The notes under the pieces: model-generated
What the model was told of the DNA's origin: nothing
What the model saw: the letters and a program-made list of their open reading frames with translations, nothing else
Databases searched by the model: none
In this document: piece after piece, positions 26,079 to 38,507 of the stretch
Numbering within the stretch: the stretch's first letter is position 1
Layout of the letters: each line of letters starts with the position of its first letter
Program-made: the position numbers and the translations under genes
NCBI RefSeq assembly: GCF_001194135.2
Contig: NC_068981.1
Coordinates: forward strand, 3,978,510 to 4,042,509
Direction: 5' to 3'
Origin: Octopus bimaculoides
Taxonomy: Eukaryota
Length of the DNA stretch: 64,000 bases

Positions 26079-27687
26079 CTGGAAAAAACAAACAAAAAAA
26101 CCCAATAAGCATCCATATTTCACAATTAATACATGTACATACATATATACACATAACACACACCTATATGTATGTAGATTTGATGGAATCCAGTGAGCAA
26201 AAGCACTGCTTTAATCTTCAATGTATGCTTTGACATGGTGGTCTTGGTTGGATGCCCTTCCTAATACCAACCACTTTGCAGTGTATACTGGGTGCACTTC
26301 TTCTGAGACATTGGCACAAATAAGATCACCCCGTACCTCATGAAACAAAGAAAAAGACCCAGCCCCTCAACCACGCAAGACAAGGGGAGGTGGTTTTATA
26401 ATTAGTGTTGAAAGGCTAAAGTATAATAGGACAGGCACAGGTGTCTTGCTGTAGAGATACATGGCTACCCCACACTACATAAGGGTGGGTGGGAAGAAGA
26501 TGCTAGTGTCACAGCATTGAGTTATTGGACAAAGAATTGGAAAAAGGGTGTGGGTAAGTTCATTAAAGTATTGAAGAAGAGGGAAAGATGGTTAGAGATG
26601 AGGGTAGAAGTGAAGAGAGAGAATAAAGGTGAAGGTGTGGTCAATGTAAATATCAGTGTGGGCAGATGAAGGGGGAAGATATTTTAGGAATATAATACAC
26701 TAGGTGACATGATATCACAATTTATCAGTCCTGAGAGTTTATCTATCAGGACTGGTTCACAGTGTACCCCTCTCTCTCTCTCTTTTAACCTGTGCCAGCA
26801 TAAAGGATGATGACGATGGGCACATACATACACCAACACATACGCTACATCACGTTATCTCTGCAAATGTTTCAATGTGATCATGTATCTATCTGCAAGA
26901 AACTGCAGCCAAATGACCCTCAAGTACTAACCTGCCATCTTAAAGAAAGAAATGCTTAAATAAACAGGATAAAGCAATATTGAATATGACTGTTGATGGA
27001 ATGGTCATGGCTAGAATACAGATCAATCAAATGCTCAAAATTCTATAAACTCTGTAAGACAATACTAATGGCATTGGAAACACTTTCAATATCATTATCA
27101 TCATTCCTCCAGGTGCTTTTCCTGTCACCAACCTTCAACTGTTTCTAAACAAGGCAATAATCCGTAGAGCCATGGAAGATTAGAAATGAACGATACAAAC
27201 ACACACAATCATATTCAATCAAACCCATGCCAGCATGGAAAGCGGACGTTAAACAATGATGATAATGATGATGTATTCGGAGCTTGTCCATCATCATTTC
27301 ATTTAACATCCACTTTCCATGCTGGCATGGGTTGGATGGTTTGACTGAAAACTGATAAACCAGGGAGCTGCACCAGGTTCCAATCTGATTTGGCAAGGTT
27401 TCTACGGCTGGATGCCCTTCCTAATGCCAACCTCTCTGAGAGTCAAACGGGTGTTTTTTATGTGCCACCACTGGCACAGGTGCGAAAGACCTGACACCAG
27501 TATTGGCCATGACTATGGTCTCACTTGGCTTGACAAGTCTACACAAGCACAGTATATTGCCAAAATTCTTGGCCACCTGTCACTGCTTCCATGAGGCCCG
27601 ACGCATGAATGGTGCTTTCTACGTGCCAGTCACACGGCAACGGCATTGGCCAAAAAATTAAAAAAGGTAAATTAATGTCTTGCTTAC

Positions 27688-27742
27688 CCGACTGTCTGTA
27701 CCATCATCTATTGGTTCTAAAAGATCACTGATTGATACAAAC
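27688..27742 (-). CDS. GDI: Rab GDI exon 10 (55 nt)
   Basis: tag|G TTT GTA...: (K)FVSISDLLEPIDDGTDSR|gtaagc; phases 2 and 0 match the neighbouring exons. Confidence 0.95.
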
Positions 27743-27863
27743 CTAGGTGAAGAAAAGGAAATTCATTATAGAGGATGCTGTTTAAGGAATTTTCATCTGA
27801 CAAAGTGGGAATTAAAGACCATCTTTTTCACACACGTGAGAGGAGAAAACAAATGCTACTCAC

Positions 27864-28008
27864 TTTTGTTTGATGGGGCCGAGGAGGTTCAGACCTGCAC
27901 TAAGTTCATTTTCAGGATTGTCAGTCTCTGCAGTGGTGCTCACAATGGCCAAATAGAAATTTTTCGCTGCGACATTATGTGCATAAGAGACACAACAAAC
28001 ATAAATAT
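27864..28008 (-). CDS. GDI: Rab GDI exon 9 (145 nt)
   Basis: cag|(D)[47 protein letters not shown](K)|gtgagt. Confidence 0.96.
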
Positions 28009-28344
28009 CTGTTTAAGGAAAGGAAAAGAAAAAAAGAAAAAAACTATAAGACAAAGCAGTAAAATGATGTTAAAGAAAATACATTTTATTCCATTCTTTA
28101 ATTTAAAGATACAGTAATCACTCACTGTACTGAATATTTTCCTGGCTAATATATTCTTTTACTTGTTTCAGTCATTTGACTGCGGCCATGCTGGAGCACC
28201 GCTTTTAGTTGAGAAAATTAACTTCTAGGACATTCTTTGTAAGCCTAGTACTTGTTCTATCGGTCTCTTTTGCCAAACCGCTAAGTTACGGGGACCTGAA
28301 CACACCAACATCTGTTGTCAAGCAACGGCAGGGGGATAAATGCA

Positions 28345-28382
<38 letters not shown>

Positions 28383-28660
28383 ATGGGCTTCTTTTCAGTT
28401 TCCAACTACCAAATCCACTCACAAGGTTTTGGTCAGCCCAAGGTGCCACATAGTGGGACTGAACCCAGAACCATGTGGTTGGTAAGCAAGCCAGTAAATT
28501 TATATTACGGGATTCTGTGGCCAATAGGTATTTATATTTTTTTAGATTTTAATTATTTCTGTATTAAATTAAGCATTTTCACACCTACAATTAATGAATA
28601 AAAATACAGCACAGTACCACACTGTATAACACATTAATTAAAATATATTAAAAGAAAATA

Positions 28661-28825
28661 GGCGCAGGAGTGGCTGTGTGGTAAGTAGCTTGCTTCCCAA
28701 CCACATGGTTCTGGGTTTAGTCCCACTGTGTGGCACCTTGGGCCAGTGTTTTCTACTATAGCCTTGGGCCAACCAAAGCCTTGTGAATGGATTTGGTAGA
28801 CGGAAATTGAAAGAAGCCTGTTGTA

Positions 28826-28867
<42 letters not shown>

Positions 28868-29060
28868 TGTTTGTCCCCTCAACATTGCTTGACAACTGAT
28901 GCTGATGTGTTTATGTCCATGTAACTTAGCAGTTTGGCAAAAGAAACTGATAGAATAAGTACTAGGCTTACAAAGAATAAGTCCTGGGGTAGATTTGCTC
29001 GACTAAAGGCGCTGCTCCAGCATGGCCGCAGTCAAATGACTGAGACAAGGAAAAGAGTAT
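28661..29060 (+). mobile_element. full-length CORE-like tRNA-headed SINE family B with central microsatellite (copies ~15310, 18500, 28150, 37240, 54413, 56770, 61600)
   Basis: ggcgcaggagtggctgtgtgg...ggcaccttgggc(a)agtgt(c)ttctactatagcc...ggaaa(c)tgaaagaagcc, then (TA)n, then a tail ending gactga(a)acaag(t)aaaaga. Confidence 0.85.
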
Positions 29061-29666
29061 ATTGTAGATGAGTAAACAAAGAATCACACATACTGAATGG
29101 AAAATGAAACTCGGGAGGCGAATGTGTGGTGTTGTTTGGCATTTGTAATAAAATAAATATATATAAATTGTAAAAATAATAAGAAAAAATATACAGTACT
29201 GTTTCTACTTCATGGAATTTCAACCATTGCGATAGTTGAGGGATTATTGTATATTTAACTGTTTTGTTTCAATTGAAATACATAGCTTTTGTATTGATTT
29301 TAAATGAAATAAAGAAGCTAATACGGCAACATTATTAAACTGGTGTTTGAGGCTTTAATTTGTGTTGTTATTTACATCGTATATGGTGCTTCAATAGCTT
29401 ACAGAAAAGAAAAAAATACAGATTTGTTTGTTCCATTATTTTCATTGGGAACAAAGATTCAACAACAACAACAACAATGAATTTTGTATTTAGTTTGTAA
29501 GATTCTTGATGTGAGTTGAAACAAAACTTGGGAGGATCATTACACTGAACTGAGACTGTACTGATACTGAACCAGTGAATGTGTTATTAAATTGGCATAA
29601 TATGACCCCCCCAAAACAATAACAAAGAAAAATCAAAGTGTGGGTGTGTGAAACACAGATATTTAC

Positions 29667-29769
29667 CATTTTGCCTGTTCACCTGGGATTGTGGAATGAT
29701 TATCTGACATGATAAACTATTGTCTGTATCAGGAATACAATGATCAAGAATGCAGATTGCTCGGACAAC
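29667..29769 (-). CDS. GDI: Rab GDI exon 8 (103 nt)
   Basis: tag|VVRAICILDHCIPDTDNSLSCQIIIPQSQVNRQN(D)|gtaaat; SCQIIIPQ motif. Not in the supplied ORF track. Confidence 0.96.
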
Positions 29770-31720
29770 CTAGACAAGAGAAAAACAAGACAACATTGTA
29801 ATATATAAACAAACAGGGATACATATAGTCCGTCCCTCTCTTAATTCGTCATCATCACCATCATCATTTAACATCCGTTTTCCATGCTGGCATGGGTTGG
29901 ACAACTTGATAGGAGTTGGCAAGCTATAGATCTACACCAGGCTCCATTTGTCTGTTTTGGTTTCTATGGCTGGATGCCCTTCCTAACGCCTTTTATGTGG
30001 CACAAGCACTGGTGCTTTTTATGTAGCACCGTCACAAGTACTCTTTATATGGTACCAGCATGAAATTCTGTTTCAATAATTCTAAAATATGTGACAGTCT
30101 CAACTAAAACATTAAAAAAAGAGAAACAATTTCTCTTTAATCCTGATGATGACGATTACTTTACTTTACATGATTACGATCTTACGTTAACTTTTAAGTG
30201 TCTCAATTGTCTCCCTTTAGGCTGTTAACTATTTTGAATGGTGAATTTGTTAACTTTGACTTGGATAAGGATAAACTATTTATAACTGTTACTAAATTTT
30301 CTACAGCTACCTTCACATTCCATGACTACCTTTGGAATCGATCAGGTACTGAACAAGGATTCTGGATTATTTTCCGTTTTTTTTTTCTTAATTTTTGAGA
30401 GCGGTCGGGTTCATTTTTAGTATTCCCGTTTGTGAGAGCAGTCGAGTTTATTTCAGAAATTCTCATTCTAAAAATCATCTCTGGCCAATCGTAGAGAGGA
30501 CGTTGGTGTTGCCTTGGGAGGTTTGTGCTCTGAGTGCTCTTGTTATTGTTATTATTATCATTATTATTATTATTGAAGCAGTGAGCTGGCAGAATTGTTA
30601 GTACACTAAACAAAATGGTCAACAGCATCTCTTTTGGTTTTATATTCTGAGTTGAAATTCCGCTAAAGTCTTGCATCCTTTTGGGGATCAATAAAATAAG
30701 TACGAGTTGAGCACCAGGGTTGATGTAATCAACTTAGCCCACCCCCACTGAAATTGCTGGCTTCGTGGCCCCTAATATGTATTAAGTCTGGCACTTCATC
30801 GGTCTCTTCTTGCCTAGCTGCTAATTTATAGGGACATAGGGGAAAGTGTTTACTATAGCTGACCGAAGCCTTGTGAGTGGATTTGGTAGATGGAAACTGA
30901 AAGAAGCCTATCATATACATATGTGTGCATGTGCGTGCTTGTTCCACAGCCCTGCTGGAGACAACCAGTGTGTACCCTTGTCTTGATATCATGCAGTGGT
31001 TGTAAACAAGTGTTACTATCGCACAAGTGATTTTGTACATTCCCAGCCTTTTGTGAAAAACATGTCTGGATAATATCCGTCGTATGGAAACAGGTGAAGG
31101 TTGGTGACATAAAGGGCATCCAGCCACAGAAAACCTGCCTCAACAAATCCCTTGTGACCCATGCAAGCATGGAAAAGAGGATGAAGGTGACAATGGATGT
31201 TTAAAAAATTATAGACAAATTACTATCATGTATTTGTTTTGCAAGACTCCTGATGTGAAATCTTGTGTTGAAACATACTGTCATATTTGGTGATGGTCAT
31301 CCTTTTTGTCAATTAACCACACCCACTTCTTTGTCACTTCACCTTTATTATTATTATTATTATTATTATTATTGTTTTAGTGTCCTTTGTCTGAAGTCTT
31401 TCATCACACATCCTGTGACCTCTTCAGCAACTCTCCATTCCATGTGTCTCCTCCTGTTCTGTTTCAGTCCATTTTGTCTTTCTCAGAATGTACTAAACAG
31501 AACAGGAGCAGACACACGGGATGGAGAGTTGCTGAAGCGGTCACAGGGTGTGCAATGAAAGGTTTCAGACAACCAACACTAAAACAAGAATAATTAAATC
31601 TGAAGTGAAGACCAAGTAATTAGTGCATGTGGTTAATCAGCAAAAACAGATGACCATCCCTAAATATAACAAATTACTATTATTATATGATGAAGTAAAA
31701 TGAAAGAAAAGAAAACTCAC

Positions 31721-31889
31721 CTGTCCTTGCTTTTTACACTTCTCTGGAGCATAAGACGGATCACAGATGATCATTTTACAATTAGCTACCTGTCCTTGCG
31801 ATTTCACTCCTACAGCTTTACCTTCTTCAAAGATCAGTTCATCGACTGGTTTGTCCAACATGTAAGTTCCACCATAAATTGCACTTAGT
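31721..31889 (-). CDS. GDI: Rab GDI exon 7 (169 nt)
   Basis: cag|(R)[56 protein letters not shown]|gtgagt. Confidence 0.97.
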
Positions 31890-31981
31890 CTGGGAAAATA
31901 ATCAAGAAAGACAATTCTTTTTACTATAGTTCCTGGCTGACATGAGTGGATTTGATAAATAGAAACTAAATGAAGCTTGTC

Positions 31982-32014
<33 letters not shown>

Positions 32015-32036
32015 TTGCAAATATATATATATACAT

Positions 32037-32082
<46 letters not shown>

Positions 32083-32900
32083 ACATACATATGTAAAAAG
32101 CACCATCCGACTGGCTCCTGTGCCAGTGGCATGTAAAAAGCACCATCCGAACATGGCCAATGCCAGTACCCACTGACTGGCTCCCATGCCGTTGGCACAT
32201 AAAAAAGCACCCAGTATACTCTTGGAGTGGTTGGTGTTGGGAAGGGCATCCAGCTGTAGAAACCTTGCCAGATCAGATTGGAGCCTGGTACAGCCGCTGG
32301 CCCTCCAGACCTCAGTCAAACCGTCCAACCCATGCCAGCATGGAAAGCGGACATTATACAATGATGATGATGATGTAACACTGGTGATTGTGTCACATTA
32401 AAAAGCACTGGTACTGGTGCCACATAAAAAGTGCCCAGTCCACACTCGGAGCAGTGGTCATTAGGAAGGGCAACCAGCTGTAAAAACCATGCCAAAACAG
32501 ATAAATGGAGCTTGGTGTGACACCTGGCCTTGCCAGTTCTAGTCAAACTGTCCAACCCATGACAGCATGGAAAACAGATGCATGATGATGATGATGATTT
32601 CTTTATGCATGTATGTATGAGCATCTCATCTTGACACCACATAATGGTTGTAAACAAGCATCACCGTCATACAAGCGATGAGGTTGGTTTCCAGTTTTCC
32701 ATGGAAAACATGTCTGGCAATGAGAAATATTACCTTATTTGGAAACAGGGAGGACATCCAACCTCAAAAAAATAAACAAAAAAAAAAGAACTCCATATGA
32801 CCCATGCCAGCACAGAAAAGTGGATGCTAAAAAGATGACGCTGACAAGGATGAATACAAAAGTTAATGTGAATGCTGAAGAGTGTAAGAAAGAAACTGAC

Positions 32901-33032
32901 CGAGCAAATCCCTGTGGTAACTCTCCAAGACCATATAAGGGATACAAATAAGGAGATCTTCCAAAACGAGATAAAGAGTCACTGTAAAGTCTGCATCGTT
33001 TGATGGTGTCAATAGCAGGTCTAGTCATGTAA
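32901..33032 (-). CDS. GDI: Rab GDI exon 6 (132 nt)
   Basis: tag|(N)[43 protein letters not shown](R)|gtcagt; [19 protein letters not shown] is the GDI/REP signature. Confidence 0.97.
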
Positions 33033-34208
33033 CTAAATTAAAAGACGAAAAAACAAAAAAAAAAACATTGAAGAAATTAAGATATATACATAAAAAAAAG
33101 ATGCATGTGATAAATTTAAAAACAAAATGAAAACTGTCCATTACAAACAGGAGTTTTATTTAAATATAAATGTAAAGATTTTGGCTTTTAACCCTTTCAC
33201 ATTCAGATTATTGTCAAATTTGATCACAAAACAGAACCCCATTCCTTAAAAAAAAAAAAAAGACAAAAACAAAATGAGAGCATGAGAGATCAGATCTGGT
33301 CAATTTGGTTACAAACAGCCAAAATATTTGGGCCAGTCATGGCTTGATAGGGTAACTTTTGCATATGTCACTCAATTGCCTTTCCATCTTCTTTACACTC
33401 ACTCACTCAGTCTGTCTGTCCGTCTACCAACATGGCGACTCACCGAAAGCAAAGTCAGATATGAACAGACTGAGTCACCATTAGACACCCTTTCTCATCC
33501 TGTCAGGCCAACATTTGTATGATTGTTGTTATTAGTGCTGGCACAATCATCATCATCATCGTTTAACGTCCGCTTTCCATGCTGGCATGGGTTGGACAGT
33601 TTGACTGAGGATTGGCAAGCCAGGAGACCACACCAGGCTCCAATCTGATCTGGCAAGGTTTCTACAGCTGGAAACCCTTCCTAACACCAACCACTCCGAG
33701 AGTGTAGTGGGTGTTTTTTCATGTGCCACCAGCACAAAGGCTTACATTTCACTGGCACAGGAGCCAGTCAGACAGCACTGGCAACTATTTCATTTTTTTA
33801 GTTCAGGAATGTAAAAAGCACCCACTACACTCTCAGAGTGGTTGGCATTAGGAAGGGCATCCAGCTGTAGAAACTCTGCCAGATTGAAGTGGAGCCTGGT
33901 GCAGTCTTCTGGCTTGCCAGCCCTCAGTCAAACCGTCCAACCCATGCCAGCATGGAAAGTGGACATTAAACAACGATGATGAATCCAGGTGGAGGGTGAA
34001 GTCAGATGCAGTTTCCCTAAAACAATTTTTGCTGCATGTGTACTGTTGAAATTGGGGTGCACCTAATATGCCCTTGAATCTTTTATGCCATCAAATACAG
34101 TAATTAAAAAATGCCCAAGGGTCCTTCACGATGAAAGTTATATCCAGAAAAATGATAAAAATTCAAAGGGTGCTAGTTTTACAAATAAAGAAATAAATTT
34201 CTACTTAC

Positions 34209-34407
34209 TTATCATTTAAATAGAGAGATAAAGCATGTCCAGTAAAGTCTATAGTGCCGCAGTCCAATTTATAATTCTTATATAATTCCTCTGATGTTGT
34301 CGATTCAGGGTTTACATTGCACCAGGTTGAGGGATCATCTTCATCAAAATCCTGCACAAACTGTAAAAACCTACGGAAGCGACGTTTTTCAAACAATCCT
34401 AACAGAG
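34209..34407 (-). CDS. GDI: Rab GDI exon 5 (199 nt)
   Basis: cag|(T)LLGLFEKRRFRRFLQFVQDFDEDDP...TIDFTGHALSLYLND(N)|gtaagt. Confidence 0.97.
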
Positions 34408-34659
34408 CTGGAAAAAAAAAACAAAAAAACAAATACATTTATTTGTATATATGATATACACACTAATATAACATCCAGAAATGTAGAGAAATACTATTTG
34501 AAGCATTAGACCAAGTGTATGACTGGTGCAAAGCTCCAGCCAAACGGAAGGTGACATAGTGGTAGAACCCTGAAGTACACAGCGTCATAACGGCAAAGAG
34601 ACCAGCTCGGAAAGACTGGAAGCAGCAGAAAATATAGGTCAGATAGGAGGGGAATCCCA

Positions 34660-35010
34660 TCCTCATTGCTAAGAATCAGAGACCATGACCACATACACCA
34701 TCACTCTCCAAATGATTCCTGCCACTGACCAAGTCTTTTAGTCCATTCCAGTGTTTTCTTCTTGGCCTCTTCTACCTTATTTCCCCATTGACTCAACCTC
34801 AACAATGTTGGGGTCAATGTTTTGGGCCCTGATGATACGCCCAAAATACTGCAGCTTCTGCTTCCTGATATTTGCCAAGAGTTCTCTTTCTGAGACCTGA
34901 CTCATTTGTTCAAGGGTCAATCCAGCTGATCCTCACTACTCTTCAATACTACTTTGAGTCCTGCTTTCATATCCATACAATGCAACAAGGATCTGCCTTT
35001 ACGGATTGTA
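34660..35010 (-). mobile_element. RTE-clade LINE ORF2 C-terminal fragment
   Basis: Minus strand reads ...KQKLQYFGRIIRAQ...GK*GRRG..., matching the RTE LxYFGHIxR...GKRxRGR region; decayed. Confidence 0.6.
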
Positions 35011-35192
35011 TTGAGTGATTTTAAGGTTCTGCTGCTCCTCAGATATTGTTCTATGATAGCACCCAGATACAATATCAAGTAAGTAATTAAAGAACTCTGA
35101 AGTTCAGTATTGTCTCATCAGAATTAGTCAATAACCCACCTAAGTACATTATTTACATTTGACAGATATTTGTCCTCACCTTATTTGTTGTT

Positions 35193-35236
35193 AACACATT
35201 TCGGCTGATATATCCTCCAGCGTTTATCAGGTGTCC
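35193..35236 (-). ncRNA. degenerate type-I hammerhead-like motif
   Basis: GACAC-CTGATAA-A-CGCTG-gaggatatat-CAGCC-GAAAT-GTGTT. Stems I and II are in place, but G8>A and the stem III/cleavage site are damaged. Confidence 0.5.
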
Positions 35237-35483
35237 TGGGGAAATTTCGAACCTGGGTTTTCATTCCTAAGGTATTTTTTTGATATTATTATCATTCAGG
35301 TCACTGCCTGGAATCGAACTCGGAATCTTGGGGTTAGTAGCCTGCACTCTTAACCACTACGCCATATGCCCATGGGCAATTATGGAGTGAATTTTAGAGC
35401 TTATAAATCTAATGGCTTCCGCCATGATAGATCGCTAGCCATTAAACCTTTCCTATTTTCTCTCTCTGCTTATTTCTGTGTTC

Positions 35484-35519
35484 CTTTCTGTCGAAGAGCA
35501 TAGGCTCGAAACGTAAAAG
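35484..35519 (+). ncRNA. minimal type-I hammerhead-like motif (A6>U variant)
   Basis: CTTT-CTGTCGA-A-GAGC-atag-GCTC-GAA-ACGT-A-AAAG: stem I CTTT/AAAG, stem II GAGC/GCTC, palindromic stem III ACGT, GUA triplet. Confidence 0.55.
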
Positions 35520-35752
35520 ACTTTCTCACTTCCTGGGCATTAAACTAATACATCTTTTTATTTGTTTACACACCTGTCTTCGTCTTGTTTTTTTTTGTAA
35601 ATTCTCACTAGTATCCGTCAAATGTACATAATGTACATAATTCCTCATCTCTCAAATATAGAGCTGTAGAACCCACTTAAGTTTTTATAAAATGCAAATA
35701 TTGAACAGATTAGCACAATTACAAGAGAACAAGAGAAAGTCTCAATACTCAC

Positions 35753-35887
35753 TTGAACTTAAAGCTTCCCTTTCTGAGGCTGGCACTTTATATACCTTGC
35801 CACCTTTATATACAAAGCTACCTTCAACTGATTTGAACTCTAAATATCTAGTGACACCAGTTTTTATTAAAATCTTCACCAACTGAC
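35753..35887 (-). CDS. GDI: Rab GDI exon 4 (135 nt)
   Basis: tag|(G)[44 protein letters not shown]|gtgagt. Not in the supplied ORF track. Confidence 0.97.
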
Positions 35888-36167
35888 CTAAAGGAAAAAT
35901 TAGAAAGAATATTTAATTAAGTATTGGGAAAACTACCTTTAAAAAAAGCAAACATTAATAAAACTACAATCAAAATTGCTTTGTCGTATAATAGTCGAAT
36001 TTTCTGCACAGTTGTGGCTGTGCAGCTGAGAAGTTCGCTTCCCAACCACATGGTTCTGGGTTCAGTCTCATTGCTTGGCACCTTGGGCAAGGGTCTTCTA
36101 CTACAGCCCCAGGGTGGTCAAAGCTTTGTGGGCAGATGCAGTAGCCAGAAACTAAAAGAAATCCATC

Positions 36168-36203
<36 letters not shown>

Positions 36204-37579
36204 GCTTTCTCTTGACATCATGTGATAACTGTAAATGAGTATCACTGTCATACAAATGATGTTTGCTTCCAGTTTTCCACGAAGAACATGTTTTGCCAAA
36301 GGGAAACATTACCTTGCTTGGAAACAGATGAGGGTTGGAGACAAGAAGGGCATCCAGCTGTAGAAAACCTGCCCCATCTGACAAGTGCAAGCATGGAAAA
36401 ATGGAGGTTAAAAAGATGATGTTTTGCATTCTGTAAATTTAGATAAATGCCCATCTTATTTTTAAAATTGAAATAAGAGTGACAACTGCCTACTATGGAA
36501 AGTACTATTGTGATACTATTGGCAAACATTTCCATTCTTAACATGTTTCAGCGGAATTGAACATGAATATTCAACATCATCATCATTGTTTAATATCTGC
36601 CTTCCATGGGTTGGACGATTTAACTGAGGACTGGTGAAACCCGATGGCTGCACCAGGTTCAATCTGATCTGGTAAAGTTTCTACAGCTGGATGCCCTTCC
36701 TAACACCAACCACTCCAAGAGTGTAGTGGCTGAGAAGCACTGAACTAGATGCAAAAAAAAAACAAAAAAAACTCAAAAATAAGCAAATAGTTAATTTTAT
36801 TTTAAAAAGGGTAGAAAATTTATTTAACTTTAAAATACTTTAATATAACTGATGGTTGCTCCTGTCGATTTTAATGTACGAGTGTTTGAAGGAAAGGATT
36901 TAAAGAAGAGACAAAAGGATTAAAAACAAAAGAAGCTGCATCTATTTGCGATGGATGCTTGAATGTGATTAGAGTCCAGGTTTGGATTTTGCTATGAAGG
37001 AGGACATTGATGATTTTGGTTTTGCCTGGGATTGGACAGATGTGTCTGTAGATTGCAGGATAGAATTCTTTTATTGTTCTGTTTCTTCAGCTCAAAATTG
37101 TTTAGATGCATCATGACACGTTTTATGCCACTCAGATCGATCTCGGCAATAACTTTCCCAAAATGTGAAATTTAACCTAAAAATAGTTTAAAATGATTGA
37201 TAAATGCAATACTAATAATATGTAAAAAAAAACAAAAAGTCTGTGGCACCTTGAGGAAGTGTCCTTGGGTTGACCGAATGGATTTGGTAGATAGAAACTG
37301 AAAGAAGCCCGTCATATGTATATGTGTGTATGTGTGTCTTTGAGGTTGTCCCCTACCACCGCTTGACAACTGGTGTTGGTGTAGTTACATCTCCGTAACT
37401 TGGTAGCTCGGCAAAAGAGACTGATAGAAAAAGTACAATGCTTTTAAAAAAAGGAGTACTGGAATCAATTTGTTCAACTAAAATCCTTCAAGGTGGTGCC
37501 CCAGCATAGCCACAGTCTAAACAAAATAGAAGTAGATAGTTAAAAATGTATAAATAGAAATTAAAAAGAGTCTTCATAC

Positions 37580-37676
37580 CATTTGCCATGAGGAATTTAG
37601 GGATGAGATCCACATTCCAATCTCTGCCTCTACCAAATTCACTCGGTGGGGTTCCCATGCCAAATTTCGAATAAAG
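37580..37676 (-). CDS. GDI: Rab GDI exon 3 (97 nt)
   Basis: cag|[32 protein letters not shown](G)|gtatga. Confidence 0.97.
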
Positions 37677-38507
37677 CTGCAAAAGTGGGAAAATTACAAT
37701 AAATATTAACAAATGAGATAAAGGTAAAAAAAAGAAGAAAAAAAAAACACGAAGAAAAAAAAAATTGGGTCACAGAAATATCTTCAGAGTATGACAACCA
37801 GGTAGAGAAAGTTGGTAGATTATAAAATTACACAGATAAGATATACAACTTAAGGAGTGATGACAGAATGGGGCGGGGATGGCAAGGATAGCTAAGTGAA
37901 TGGTAACGTGTACTATGCTTTTGCTAATGTAGTAGTGATGTGAAGGCACATGCCACAGTGGTTAGAGTGTCAGGCTCACAATCATGGGGTAGTGAGTTCG
38001 ATTCCCCAGACCAGGCTGGTGTTGTGTTCTTGAGCAAGACACTTTATTCCACACTGCTCCAGACCACTCAAATGTAGAAATGAGTTGCGATGTCCCTGGA
38101 GCTAAGTTGTATCGGCCCCTTTGCCTTTCCCTTGGATAACATCAGTGGCATGGAGAGAGGAGGCTGGTATGCATGGCCGACTGCTGGTCTTCCATAAAAC
38201 AACCTTGCTCAGACTTGTGCTTTGGAGGGGAACTTTCTAGGTGCAATCCCATGGCCATTCCTGACCGAAGGGGATCTTGTCAATGCAGGGGTGAGAAGAT
38301 ACAGACACCATTTTGAACTCTCCCATCCCTGATCAGGTCAAAAATCCAGGATGTGACACCAGGAAGGATTGAGGGCTGCACCAGCATTTGGCTGGGACCC
38401 ATTTTCAGTTGAGAAACAATGTGAAATGAGCCTTGCATGAAGACAATGTGCTGCCTAGTCCAGAAATCGAAACCCCTGAACTTATGGTTGTGAACCCAAC
38501 ACTTTAA

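Larger units (their letters stand above)
35145..35669. mobile_element. composite inverted-repeat + tail element (family P2) with tRNA-like segment and two hammerhead-like motifs; 12-bp TSD
   Basis: TSD AACCCACCTAAG (35133-35144) / AACCCACTTAAG (35670-35681). IR 35144-35168 vs 35612-35635, tail to 35669, tRNA-like 35297-35371 (-). Confidence 0.8.

Noticed and set aside
35297-35371. tRNA gene (also SINE heads at 6062, 9113, 19211, 28661, 37946, 52915)
   Set aside because: Acceptor and anticodon stems pair poorly, the apparent ACT anticodon is atypical for eukaryotic Ser tRNA, and all are embedded in repeats, so these are tRNA-derived heads.
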